A stretch of DNA of 63,582 nt, filler included, from Reticulomyxa filosa (taxonomy: Eukaryota; Protista; Foraminifera), in assembly GCA_000512085.1 (NCBI GenBank). It is 10 parts of 10 records of this genome, joined end to end, with 100 filler letters (N's around TTAATTAATTAA, not from the genome) between each part and the next. Parts side by side here need not be neighbours in the genome. Positions count along the whole stretch, not along the records: positions 51,769 to 53,590 come from ASPP01001976.1; positions 53,691 to 59,369 come from ASPP01003049.1; positions 59,470 to 63,582 come from ASPP01002945.1; 7 more parts are not named here. One strand, 5' to 3'. A program made the translations under genes and the position numbers. Below, one piece after another: positions 51,769 to 63,582 of this stretch (position 1 is its first letter; the number at the start of each line of letters is the position of its first letter). The notes beneath the pieces are model-generated. The model ran no database searches. It saw only the letters and a program-made list of their open reading frames with translations, and had not been told where the DNA came from.

Positions 51769-52446
51769 TAGTGTGTCAAATGATGTAGAACATAAATATC
51801 TACCACCATTAAATTGTGAAAATTCAATTCCATAAATACCATTTGCATGCCCACTGATTACTTGCAATTGTTGATTATCTTTGATATCCCAAAAACGAAT
51901 GGTTTTGTCATATGATGACGAACAAACCACAGTACGATGATTGTTATGATAATGATATGGTGAAAATCTTGCACAGCCTACAACATTTGAGTGTCCATTG
52001 AATAATTGGATTTGTTTATTTGTCTCTACATTCCATACACGAACTGTTTTATCTTCTGATCCAGAACAAATGAGTTGACAATCACCAAAAGGTGAACAAT
52101 CAATACTGGTCACACTACCTGTGTGTCCAGTGAATGTTTTGAGTAGTTTGGACGATGAACAAAACATATCAAACTTGAACACGTTAGTCGCCTATAAATT
52201 GTAAATCAAAATTTGTTATCGAACAATACAAATTAACAAATACACTTAACATATTTAACAACAATTCTGTCAAAGTCATGTATCCATCCAAATTTAATTT
52301 TTGATATTCGAATCCAATGTTGGATAACTAATTGGGTCTCTTCTGACTAGTTTAGTATCACACAAATCGCATACAATAACAAACTTAAAGATAACTAAAT
52401 ATTGAAACATTAAAAAGAAGTTTACCAATGATAGTTGTATGGACAT
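51769..52446 (-). CDS. lineage-specific WD40-repeat protein (3'-truncated)
   Basis: GHTGSVTSID..CSGSEDKTVRVWN, GHSNVV..CSSSYDKTIRFWD, GHANGI; two small upstream exons carry the HWIRI..GWIHDFD leader. Confidence 0.85.
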
Positions 52447-52908
52447 TTCTTTTTTGCTTTTTCTTGAGATTTTCTTAGATGATTTGAACTTTTTATCTCA
52501 AAATCGATGAAGCGGTAAAAAATTTTGACGATACAAATTGAACAACGCACTGCTTTTTTTTGATGAGAAAGAAAATATTATTCAGAATTGAGTGCAACAT
52601 GTACTCATCAGTTTTTCCAATTGAAAGACTTCAATAAATGTGAAACAAAATGTAATTGTTACATTCATAAACAACATTAAATTTGTTTTTGGTCTTTACT
52701 TTAAAGCCAATTTAAGTACTTTTAAGTTTTAATATAATTACAAAAAGTTATAATTACTTTCTTTGTATTTTCTTCATTAAGAAAAAACACAGATATTGCA
52801 AAATTCTATTTTTGAAGTCCCTTAATTGAACTTAAAAAAAAAAGTTAAAATTTTCCATTTTGCGTCATTGAAGACAATCCAAGCAAAAAAACAAAAGCAG
52901 TTGCAAAA

Positions 52909-53590
52909 ATGACAGATCTTGAACAAGCTTTAACTCAACTAGTAGTGGCAAGTTTTATTACAAATTTAAAAAGTTTATTATCTTCAGTTTTTATTGCGTG
53001 GACTTGTGATGAATTAGCCAGAGAAAAACGAAATCCAAATCATTATTCAGCATTGGGTTCGAATATTAAACATTAAATTGGGGTGGATAAATGATTTCGA
53101 TAAACTAGTTGTCAATTAGTTAAGTTTTTTTTTATTTTTTATTTTTGTTTTCATTAATTACAACAAAAATAAACAAATATATTTGTTACTTTTTGTCATC
53201 ACTATTATACAGGCAACTACGCTCATTGTGTTTGACACATTTCTTTCATCATCCAAATTAATCAATACATTCACTGGACATACAAGGGCTGTGCATAGCA
53301 TTGATTATTCAACATTTGATGATTGTCAATTCATTTGCTCTGGATCAAAAGATAGCAAAGTTTGTGTATGGGATATAAACAAAAACAAACAAATTAAATC
53401 ATTCCATGGACATTTCGACTATGTAAATTGTGTGGAATTTTCACATAGCATTATCATAATCATCGTCAAAGTGTCATTTGTTCTTCATCGGATGACAAAA
53501 CCGTCGTTTTGGGATTTCAAACATAATAACCAATTACAAATATTCAAAGGACATACACATAGTGTTAATGGAATTGAATTTTCACCATTT
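52909..53590 (+). pseudogene. divergent paralogous WD40 gene with frameshifts (pseudogene or low-quality sequence)
   Basis: Same leader (QIIIQHWVRILNIKLGWINDFDKLVVN) and GHTRAVHSID..SGSKDSKVCVWD. Frameshifts scramble the HYHNHRQSVICSSSDDKT segment near 53445-53510. Confidence 0.75.
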
Positions 53591-53696
53591 NNNNNNNNNN
53601 NNNNNNNNNNNNNNNNNNNNNNNNNNNNNNNNNNTTAATTAATTAANNNNNNNNNNNNNNNNNNNNNNNNNNNNNNNNNNNNNNNNNNNNATCATA

Positions 53697-54813
53697 GAAT
53701 CACCAACAATGGAGAGAAGTCGACGTAATGAAATTAAGACCCTCCAAAGTAAATTTAACGGACAAAGGAATCCGATCAGTAACGGATACACGGTTGAGTG
53801 TGCCAAGACTGCAATATACTCCAAGAGAGAGATCTTGAAACTGACTGAAAGGCCAATAACAATGACAACGAATTTTGAGAATTTTGCGCAACTGGATGCA
53901 CAGAATGAAAACATTGCAACAAAGACACCACGAACTAGCACCTTCTTATATCTTTTCAAATAAATTTGTAAATAAAGTTACACTGGATCAAATTGCAAAA
54001 TGCTATTCCATCATTCACAATCGTCGGCTCGCCAACTTTGACGACAATGATGTGAACCAGCCGTCGATGATCTTGCAAGTGCAAGATCGTACAAGAAATC
54101 ACTATAATGACCCATACTACCCAACTACTCGTGTCTATATCGTCAGTAATCGAATTGGATTGACTAACAATAGAATAGGTATTTTTTTTTAAACATACGT
54201 ACATATTATGTGTATTTATAATGTACATGAACACATGCCAATGTTATATTGTAATCCCTTTTTTTTCCAGTTCTTTATTTGTTGAATTTCATGTCAATTT
54301 TTGACAGCTTCAAAAAAAAAAAAAAAGTATACGTACATACATGTAAACATACATATTCTTATGTATACGTATGTAGTTATTACAGCTGTTAATGACCCCA
54401 AGGTAAAACTTCAAAAAAAATTGTATCGAATAGCCTGTGGTCTAGTATGCCTCTTCTATCTTCCATTAGGAGTGACCCATGTGATTCCAGGGTTTCTTGT
54501 TTTTGCAATAGTGTTTGTTCTTGTATCTGGGATTATTTTTTACCTCATACACCGTTTCATATTTCCTTGCATAATAAAAATAAATGTGATGGGCAAACTT
54601 ATTATTGGCATTTCTTTTATTTCTGTCGTGATGATCGCTTTTTTAATTGTTTTTTCTGCTTTGGCCATTATCGAATTTTATCAGGGTGTTGAGTGGGAAA
54701 GTTGTCTTCGAATCGTGTGGAATCGAAGATCATGGAAGGACTATGCTTATGAGTACACTGATAGATTGACCAAAGCGCACTCCATTTTGCAGATGGTTAC
54801 CATGATCCTTTGA
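53697..54813 (+). CDS. 5'-truncated membrane protein with 3-4 C-terminal TM segments
   Basis: Overlapping ORFs 53709-53963 and 53875-54192 imply a frame change. The final exon ~54378-54813 is hydrophobic. Confidence 0.5.
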
Positions 54814-56439
54814 AAAATGTGTCAAATAACTGTCATCTTGAATCACAATTTATTCTGTTGTCAAGAAAATACAATAAATGACAAATGTGTTTGTACATTA
54901 TTAATGTAAATCACCTTTTTTTTTAACTATTGGCTCTCTTTTTTGATAAAAACGGAAAAACAAAATCGACCTTAACAAAAAGTCACTTTTTTTTCCGTTC
55001 TATTTTATTTACGCACAAAAAACATTAGCAATTTCAACCCTGCTGTACAGGTTGAACGCAGTTTTTGTCCAACTCACTCTTGCTTGGTTCTCAGCTTAAA
55101 ATCCCTTCAAAAATTGAAGAGATTTTTTAAGAGGCCAGAGAGGAGAACAGAAAAACCTTTAAATGGGTGTGAAGATTCGTTAAGAGCTTATCGTACACTA
55201 TAGTTAATCGTCTTGATGGGTCTTGCTTGACAATATTTTATTTCGTTCATGTTATCATCAAGTCTTCCTGCAACTTCTAGTTATGACTTTGAAAACCGCA
55301 AAATAAAAAATTTATAATTGCAAGAAGTATTGTAAATGACTCATTACTTTTGGTTGAGTCGTGATAATTTAGTAAAAAATTTGAGTATACAAATATCAAA
55401 CCATAAATATTACCGACGTTTAAAAACCTTTCTCTCCATTTACAAAACTGTATCTATGATAGTTGTGGTTAACTGATTGATAGCTTTTGGAGAAAAACTC
55501 ATGGTTAATACTCTGAGAGTATATATTGGTAATTTTTTATTATTTTTATTTTGATTGATCTTCGACAACAAAAAAAATGTAGAGTAGAACAAAAGAGATG
55601 AAAATATTTTTATGTATGTTATACGTACTTTTTGCACATGATATTTTTCAATGCAATTTTTGTTTTTTATTATATAAAAATAGCCTGATGAAAGATTTTT
55701 CAGATTCTATGCCAAAATGAGATTAGTGGTATTGGTGCACTTTTGGTTTACTTTCGACTCTATACTTCCCAGTATTAACCACTCATTGGATACCGAGCTT
55801 CTTTTTTTTTGCAATTGTGTTTACATATGCCTTAGTCTTGGTTTTAAAAACAAGATATTAGTAATAATACGCACGCAACCCGATACAAGGTGTAATATCT
55901 TGCAAATAATTTTCATTGACTACACAAAAATCATTTGCGAATCTGCTCATTTTTCAACTCTGATGACCTGGAGCTGCTCTACAAATCGGTTCCACTTTTC
56001 AAAATGATAAATATATACTCTATACATTTTAAGTTTTGTTGTCCATGGCCTAACCCTATATCAGCTGTCAATTTCCACCTTCATTTTTGTGGTATTTTCA
56101 TGTGTTTTGCTGTTTCATTGAACTTTTTAATTGTCACCCCTTTGTGAAGAATTTGAACACTTTTGTTGACGTTGAACTTTTCCAAATTAGGTAGAAATTT
56201 GCAAAAAATGGTTGCAATGACAGTAGTCAAGTTATAATACGTGTTACCGTCATATATCATGACCTGTTAAAATTTATAAAAATATGTGTATTATAATAGT
56301 GAAGAATATTCGAAACACCACCGTCGATGGGCTCTTAAGTGTTTCTTGCTTTTACTGTTCCGTTTAACACTTTTTGATTTATAATCCTTATCCGTTCAAG
56401 CATAGTCAAAAAGTAACAGAATTGAAACATTTTTAACCA

Positions 56440-59369
56440 CTAATGATTATCATTCATTTTTAATGTATGCAATTCCAAAACGACACCACCATTATTTTGA
56501 CAGCATTTCAATTGATCGACATATTTTGCAAAAATGTCAGACAAAAAATATAAAATGGACTCGATCAAAGCAACAGATACCTCCCACTTGTGCATAGAAA
56601 TTATAAAAAACATTATGTTAGCGACAACCGCAGCTTTATGTGATTGGTTCAAATTGTATTTGGCTGCAATAATATCCATTAAATACATTCGACAGTGTTC
56701 AATATCACATTTACTCAAAAGCTTCAATGCATTTCCACCCTCGTCTATTAACACTCCCAGCAACGTTGAACTTTGAATTATTTTATGATAATTTTCTAGT
56801 TTAATCCTAGTTTTTTTGTCATTGCCGTTTTCGTGTTGATATTTATAGTCACACTTATTTTCATTTTCATTGCATCTTTCAATTATAGCAACAATACTGG
56901 TCAACTTGGAGCAGCACCAATTATGAAAAAAATGACTCCATGGGAACATGGCCTCATATTGGATACTAACTGGGTGTAAATCTGGCTTAACACTCACTAA
57001 TCTATGCAACACATCTGTTAAGCGAGGAATTGTTACGATTGAATTATCTTTTGCTGTTTCAACGAATAACCGAATCAAATATTCAGAATGTTTTCTAACG
57101 GCATTAAAAAATACCTTTATTTTTTGGTGTTGATCTCATATGTATGATCAAAAAATTGTATATACATATATTATAAATTAACTTGGAAATAACAATTTTC
57201 ATAAAACACTGACAAAATATTCATGCAAGACATGGTTAATAGTCTGTCAATAACATTTTCATATCTTTCAAAAAAGGGGCAATCTAATGACAACGTCCAT
57301 ATTGCCAGGGTTTTTAACTTCTTTTTTATTTAAAATGCATGTAATTGGTTGAGATAGTACAACCTCTTGTGTAAATAATTGCTTCAATCTCGAAATAATT
57401 ACTTTTCGGCACTCCTCGAACCCAACCAATTCTTCAAACGAAGTGAAGAATTTTTGTATTTCACCGCCTCCATTTTTATGGACAGGGAACTGGAGCCACT
57501 CAAACGCTTGCCGAATTGCTTTGTGTAAGCGGCTATCTGATAAATTACTTTCAAGCACATCTGATATGGTTTGTGAACACAAAGTTTTCAATTGTATGGG
57601 CTCGATCAAACTTAAGTTAGCAACATATGTCAATTTCCATTTTCTTGAGAAAATCAATGGGAATGTGTCTTTAAAAAATGGTTTAATATGGACAAGCAAA
57701 ACGACTAATTTCTGTTCCACTTCTTTTTTCTCTTCTTCGTTGCAACAATAGTATTGGTGATGTGCATGTTCCAACATATATTTGATGTGCATGAAATGGT
57801 CGACACGTTTAGGATCATGCACATACTGCAAAATCAGTAGATCTTGAGTTGTGTTGTTTGAACTGAAGAAATGATTAATGGTTTGTTCAAAGTCACTCGA
57901 CTTTTTGAATGACTCTATTTTTTTTGTTGCATCACCCCATTGATCCGATAAAGCGAACTCAGAATTATCAGTGAGTATCAATGCAATTTGTTTGTTCGAT
58001 TCCATACGCTGTAATTCGATAACTTTGTTAAAAGAAGAAAATTCTTTTTGCCCAGCTTTTTCATCATCAAATTTTCCTTTTTGATCAATGGCAATTTCGA
58101 GAATTATTTCTGGATTACACAAAGGTTTAAATAAATCCACAACAGCATTTATCATTTTTTCATCAACTACTAATTCTTCTATTTGATTTCGACCAACAAT
58201 ATCTGTTAACTCTTGCTCATCTTTTTTTTGTGCTAAAATGCTGAATAATGCCGAAGGAGTGGTGTCATCATTAAATCCATAAAATAATTTCGTCAATTGT
58301 TTGAAAGACACTCCAAACATTTGGGATAACCTATCTTCGATTTTTGATATCAATGGCTCCATTTTAGAGGATAACGAAGTACGATACGATATCAATTGTT
58401 TTTCAAAGCGATTTAAAAATGCAATTGGCATTTCAGGTGAATATGCCACGTTCTTATTCACAATTACAATGCATTTGAATTCGTCCTTCACAAAACAATC
58501 TATATTTTCGCTTCCCAGAGTCACTCGACAGTACATATTTCCTGTTTATTTATTTATATTTACAGTGTACACAAAAATATTGACTTTTTTTACAAATAAT
58601 TTTTACCAGAGGGCTTTCTTTGATATCTTTGATTAAGCATATCGTATAGATTTTCATAAATTGAATCCAAATTATACAAAACAACCCTTTTTCCAGTGTC
58701 CATACAATCAATAATTTTATTCAAATGCTTATAATCCGAAATGCTTGAATCTCGATCATGTGCAAAATTACTTTTAAATAAAAACACATCATCATATTTT
58801 AAAATTCCATTTTCTAACAAAACTTGCCAAGAATGCTCTAATTCACTGATCACCATACAATGACGACTGACAATATAATTATCCTCAAACAATTTTGAAT
58901 TATTCGTTTGAGTATCCAAAAGATTACGTTGCACGCAATCCATTGGCGTGAATTTACTCATTTTTTCGAAAACTTCTTCTCTACTAAATCCTAACACTTT
59001 GTAAAAAATATATCCTAAATTTCGGAGCAAGTCCTCTCTTGAAATGCCTCCAAAATTTCTCATAAACCCTTCAAATGATAGGTTATAAGAAGGACTTTGG
59101 AGTTGGTATCGGATTAAAGAATAAAAATCACGAGCTCCAAAAAAGTTTTTCTTTTTCATCGGTTCAAATTCATTTGACTTTTCGATTACTTGATTGTACA
59201 CATAGGCAATATTTTCAAGTTCACGTTCTAACCATTCGTTTTTCGGTTGTCCTCCGAACAACATTAAATTCTCTCGATAGTGTTTCATCATTTCCAAAAC
59301 AGTGTTTTGTAACGCTTTTATCGTTATTGGTGGGATTTGATGCATAATCACTCGATTCATTTTGGCAGC
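56440..59369 (-). CDS. RNF213 (mysterin)-like dynein-type AAA+ ATPase protein fragment; frameshifted, possibly pseudogenising
   Basis: AAKMNR, FFGARDFYSLI, RNFGG, SRHCMVI, CMDTGKRVVLYNLDSIYENLYDMLNQRY, YCRVTLG, F(K)CIVI and PIAFLNRFEKQ are collinear with the RNF213 AAA core. Frameshift at ~57280 (continuation DCPFFERYENVIDRLL). Confidence 0.85.
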
Positions 59370-60329
59370 NNNNNNNNNNNNNNNNNNNNNNNNNNNNNNN
59401 NNNNNNNNNNNNNTTAATTAATTAANNNNNNNNNNNNNNNNNNNNNNNNNNNNNNNNNNNNNNNNNNNNTTCATTAAGAAAATCTATCATCTTCATAAGG
59501 TGACATTTTAGGTTTTCAGTTTTTTTTGCAACCTACTGTAGTTAAAGTTTTGTTAATATATGTGAACATCCTCACAACAATCGTTATCATCATTGTTTTG
59601 TGATTCATGATTTTTGTAGTCAAATGGAAATAATTTACAATGCTTTCCAGTTTTGGGCCACCAGTCAAATCATGTTATGTATATTTCTATTTAATCAAAC
59701 CTTTTTAATATAAAGGCTAATACAAATGACAAAAAGACAAAACATCATTTTTGCTATACATTTTGGAAAAATGTAATGATTTGCTTCAAAAAAAAAGGAT
59801 TGGTTTTGTTATGTTCGTTCGCCTAAAAAAGAAATTAGTTTTGTTATTTTCGTTAGTCACAAAAAATATTATTTTCAGATGTGACTAGAACAACTAATAA
59901 CACCAGCCACGAAACGTGGCCAACTTGTACACGATTGGCAAAACCCAAAACCAACAATAATCGCCAGTAAAAAAAAAGATTGATGTTGTTATTTTAATTT
60001 GCAGAAAGCTTATGCTTAATTTTGCGTGACCAGTTGTATTCAAGTGAATAAAAAAAAAGTTTAAAACTTATTCGTGAGTTTTTGACAACTAAAATATTTT
60101 ATAATATTTTTACATTTTTACATTATATTTGTGCAATTGAATTTGTTGCACTGGTTGTTTTTGTCCTTGTGGTTGTTCTTGAGATTATTGTTATTCTTGA
60201 TATTGCTTTGCTTGAATTTGTTTTATTGTTTTTTCCTTTTATCTCCATGCTTTGTTAAATTTTCATTTTGTTGTTCGATCAGAGTTTGTTGAATCTTTAT
60301 TTTGTTTTATTTCCTTTTTCGCTTTTCTT

Positions 60330-61100
60330 TGATATCACATTAATCATTGTTTGTAATAATCATTTTTTTGAAATCGATATTATATTCCAAGTTGTTCCAT
60401 TCAATATAATATCTTACTGATTGCAAAAATAGTTTAGCATTTTCAACACTGAAAGAATTGTATGTTTTGGATATTTGTTAATTTCACTAATTTTTACATT
60501 CACTTCACTAAAGTATTGTATTATTTCACTACATTCGATATTTGAACATTGGTAGAAAATGTATTCATGACAAATATAATCTTTTTCATTTTCATATATT
60601 TTTTCAGTACATATGGATTCAATTACTTTTTAAACTAATTTCCATATTCTAATTTTGTGATTTTGCCTTGATATTTCTATTTTTCAATTAACTCGTTATG
60701 TAATAATTTGATTTATTATGGCCATTTATCATATAGATTGTACATTCGATAAAGATACGAATAACATCGCATAAGTAATGTCCACAAGGTAATATCCAAA
60801 TTTTTTCATATCTGTGATAAATATAAAAAAATGTACTACATTTAATATATATTCTCTTGAGCAATCTGCTTCAATCAATGTTCTATAAGGAAATGGAAAG
60901 CCATTAATCAATTTTTGTATTATCTGGATTACAAAATTTGTAAGAATGTTCTAATGTTGACAGCAAAAAGATCACGAATATCACTTTTGTAATTAATAAA
61001 ATCTGATATATTAATCTCTTTTTCACAAAAGTTTTTTATCTTTTTCAATTCGGCATCATTTTTGTCTTCTTTGTTTCGATAGAAAACATCGTTTTGTGAT
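60330..61100 (-). pseudogene. decayed coding-like sequence with multiple stops
   Basis: Protein-like reading (INGFPFPYRTLIEADCSREY..) interrupted by repeated stops; family not recognised. Confidence 0.3.
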
Positions 61101-61429
61101 GTTTGTTCTTAAATATCTTTTTTCAATATTATTTTTGTTTTATTGTTGAATATTAATATCTAATATATTATTTTCGTCACTGATACAAACTTGTGTATTT
61201 ATTCATGATAGTTCACTTACATTTTTGTTATATAAAAATATGATCAAATAATTTTTTTTAAAAGGACATTCTACTAGATAAAAAAAAAGGAGATGAAACA
61301 AAAAAATAATAATTTCACCAAATAAACTTCTATGATTATAATGTACAGTATCACATATAGACAAAACATAAAAAACTTAATAATGCTTCAATATTTTTTT
61401 GTTTTTTTACTAAAACATAGTCTATTTTT

Positions 61430-61756
61430 TTGCGAGGTCCATATTGTATCTTTTTCATCTTCTTAATGTAAAACTTGTCAGGTGTGCCAGCATTCAAATA
61501 TCTCAACAAAACACAAATGCTCTAGTATCGTACGTATTCGTGTTACTCGACTTACGAGATCACCACAAAGAGTTCGTAAATCCACCAAATACAAAACCAT
61601 ATATTGACTGCACTATTGTGAGTGTTTTTCCAGCTCTGTTGCAGTTATCATGAAACATTTCTGTGTCAAATAAATCTTCACTTGCGTAATAAAATAATTT
61701 CACATCACTGTTTGTACCTTTTGGTAAAAATAATAATGGAAATATTTCTTCATTTT
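61430..61756 (-). pseudogene. TLDc-domain pseudogene fragment
   Basis: KLFYYASEDLFDTEMFHDNCNRAGKTLTIVQSIYGFVFGGFTNSLW*S..YDTRAFVF matches the TLDc consensus (LLY.AS.DG....FH..C...G.TL.II.S..G..FGGFT...W). There is an in-frame TGA at 61560-61562 and a later frameshift. Confidence 0.75.
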
Positions 61757-63582
61757 TGACTATTAAATAGATCTAAACGCTTAGTAACGTAAAATGTAGT
61801 AATGTTCGAAAAGGGTTTATGGTAACTTCAGTTTTCCTTGATTTTGTTCGATTGTTGAAATAAGGTTCGTGTCTTTGTATTGTTGCAAAAAGGTTTTACA
61901 ATTTTTGTATAAAATCGTATTTATCATATTGTTGCGCACTATTTGTCCATAGTTTAATCTTTTGTTTGTCAAGCATACTTAAAATTAATGTTTATGTATT
62001 TCGTTTCATAGACAAATATGCTATGCTTATCAACTGTTTGTGAGGATTGTCGTGACATTTGCATGTCCCAAAGTTTTATTCGTCAGTCCACAGAACACAA
62101 AACTTTTGTCCTTTTTTTGTTTAAATAATTTTTTCTAGCAAATTTATACATAATGCCAAATTATTTAAACAAAATTTAAAAAATTTATAAAATTTTTTTG
62201 TAGATGTTTTTTTAGAGTTTTTTTTGTTTGGATTGATCTTATTGACGAAACTTGTGATTTGACGAATACCAGAACAAACACAGTCACAAACTTTAAATAA
62301 ACGTAAAGATTTTGTCAATAACAGGCAAAGCAATAACATTTAAGATATAATCGACTGGTGGCAAACTCAGCTAGTGAAACACCAAGAATATATGAAGCAT
62401 ACTAGTAATCGCGCTTTGACACAACAGCATTGCATTATAAAGCAACTTTCGCAAATGGATAATTAATCTAAATTGCAACACGAAATGCAAACGTGTTGAC
62501 GTTACTATGCCATTTGCCTCAGCAAACGTGAAGCGTAGACTAGACAAACATTGATACTGCACTTACATAATACGCATATATGCTTTTACCTAAATGTACT
62601 ATTAGTATTGATGCTATTCAATGGAAAGTGCAAGCCAATCAAGTCAAAACTAGAATACAAGTAAAACTGAAAAAATGTGTTTATCTGACATTATTGTATT
62701 TTTATTTTCGTTAAACAGTATGATGAAATTGATTGAAATAAAAAAAGAATTGCATTGAACAATATAACTACATATACAAAAGAAAAGAATATCACGCTTA
62801 TGGAGTATTCTCAATATATGCAAAAGTGTTCGCAACAAATGCAAGCACAAATTGAGTTGCTAGATAATATATCTAATTCAGGAGACTTTGCAACAAATAA
62901 CTACACTTCTTTTTAACGATATCAAACAATGTACTATCATGATATGTCAGTTAGTCTTCACTAATGTGAAGACAAAATTTTTTTTTCTAAAATTTAAACC
63001 ACTACTTGATCAACAACTGATTATATTTAAAAAAGGAACAGTCCAAGTGACTGTCATACTACAAAAGTTTATTTGCTCCAATGGCTTCAGTACAGTTTTG
63101 TGAGTAAGGTATAGTAAAAACTATGAAGTTCAAGACTACACAAATTTTGCAGTTAGACTCAATTTCAGATTGCAAGAGATTAAAGTATATTTGCTGGCTT
63201 GAAGAAAAATTTAAAACATTGTATATTATTTTATGAGTTTTTTCCTCCATATAAAAAAATTGATACAAGCATTTTTTATCTATTTAAATTGGTTTTACAT
63301 TTTAGGAAAAAAACATTTTTTAATTTCTTTATTGGTGGGCAAAAGAAGTGGTACTAGAATTTTGATTTTTCAAAACGTATTTCTTTGCAAAAATATTCTT
63401 TCTATGAAACTAATATATGATATTGTTTTCAATTATAATTACCAATTCATTAAAATTATTTAATTGGAGATTACAAATAAAAAAACTTGTGAATACGAAA
63501 GTTGTTCTAACTCTGAAAAAAAGTGATCATAATGTATATCATGATATTGCTTTGTTTTTTTAATATTTTATTTGATATATTA

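Noticed and set aside
13503-59369. A physical 'anti-bacterial/bacterivory cluster' of anmK, DUF1152, GH78, NACHT and RNF213
   Set aside because: These genes lie on different contigs joined by artificial linkers, so their proximity carries no linkage information.
22138-59469. Recurrent palindromic TTAATTAATTAA flanked by Ns, resembling a repeat array or target-site motif
   Set aside because: It is an artificial six-frame-stop contig linker of fixed 100-nt length. ORFs ending in X..LIN are artefacts of it.
61560-61562. In-frame TGA in the TLDc fragment as selenocysteine or an alternative genetic code
   Set aside because: A frameshift follows shortly after, and intact genes here use TGA as stop (e.g. 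20165-20167). A pseudogene is the simpler explanation.

Overview
AT-rich, intron-containing eukaryotic (protist) genomic DNA. It is not one continuous locus: about 10 contigs are joined by nine artificial 100-nt linkers (N44-TTAATTAATTAA-N44). The lineage-style WD40 and NACHT families, the short A/T-rich introns and the many pseudogene fragments suggest a foraminiferan such as Reticulomyxa; this is my inference and was not searched. Contig 1 (1-22137) carries a SAM/RING protein, a zinc-ribbon/F-BAR-like gene, a DIEG/TNPL-repeat protein, riboflavin kinase, a bacterial-type anhydro-N-acetylmuramic acid kinase (anmK), ARL2, an RPGRIP1L-like gene and RCE1. Later contigs carry an ARM-like protein, an LMBRD2-like protein, an intron-containing DUF1152-like gene, a SPRY fragment, a GH78 alpha-L-rhamnosidase, an XK-like membrane protein, head-to-head RRM paralogs, head-to-head WD40 paralogs, an RNF213-like AAA+ fragment, and NACHT/TOP3/WD40/TLDc pseudogene remnants. 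The most striking observation is the spliced anmK. Its conserved C-terminus sits behind a 1-nt frameshift and ends in a PTS1-like -AKL, which hints at a horizontally acquired, possibly peroxisomal peptidoglycan-sugar salvage step. Exon boundaries were reconstructed by eye.
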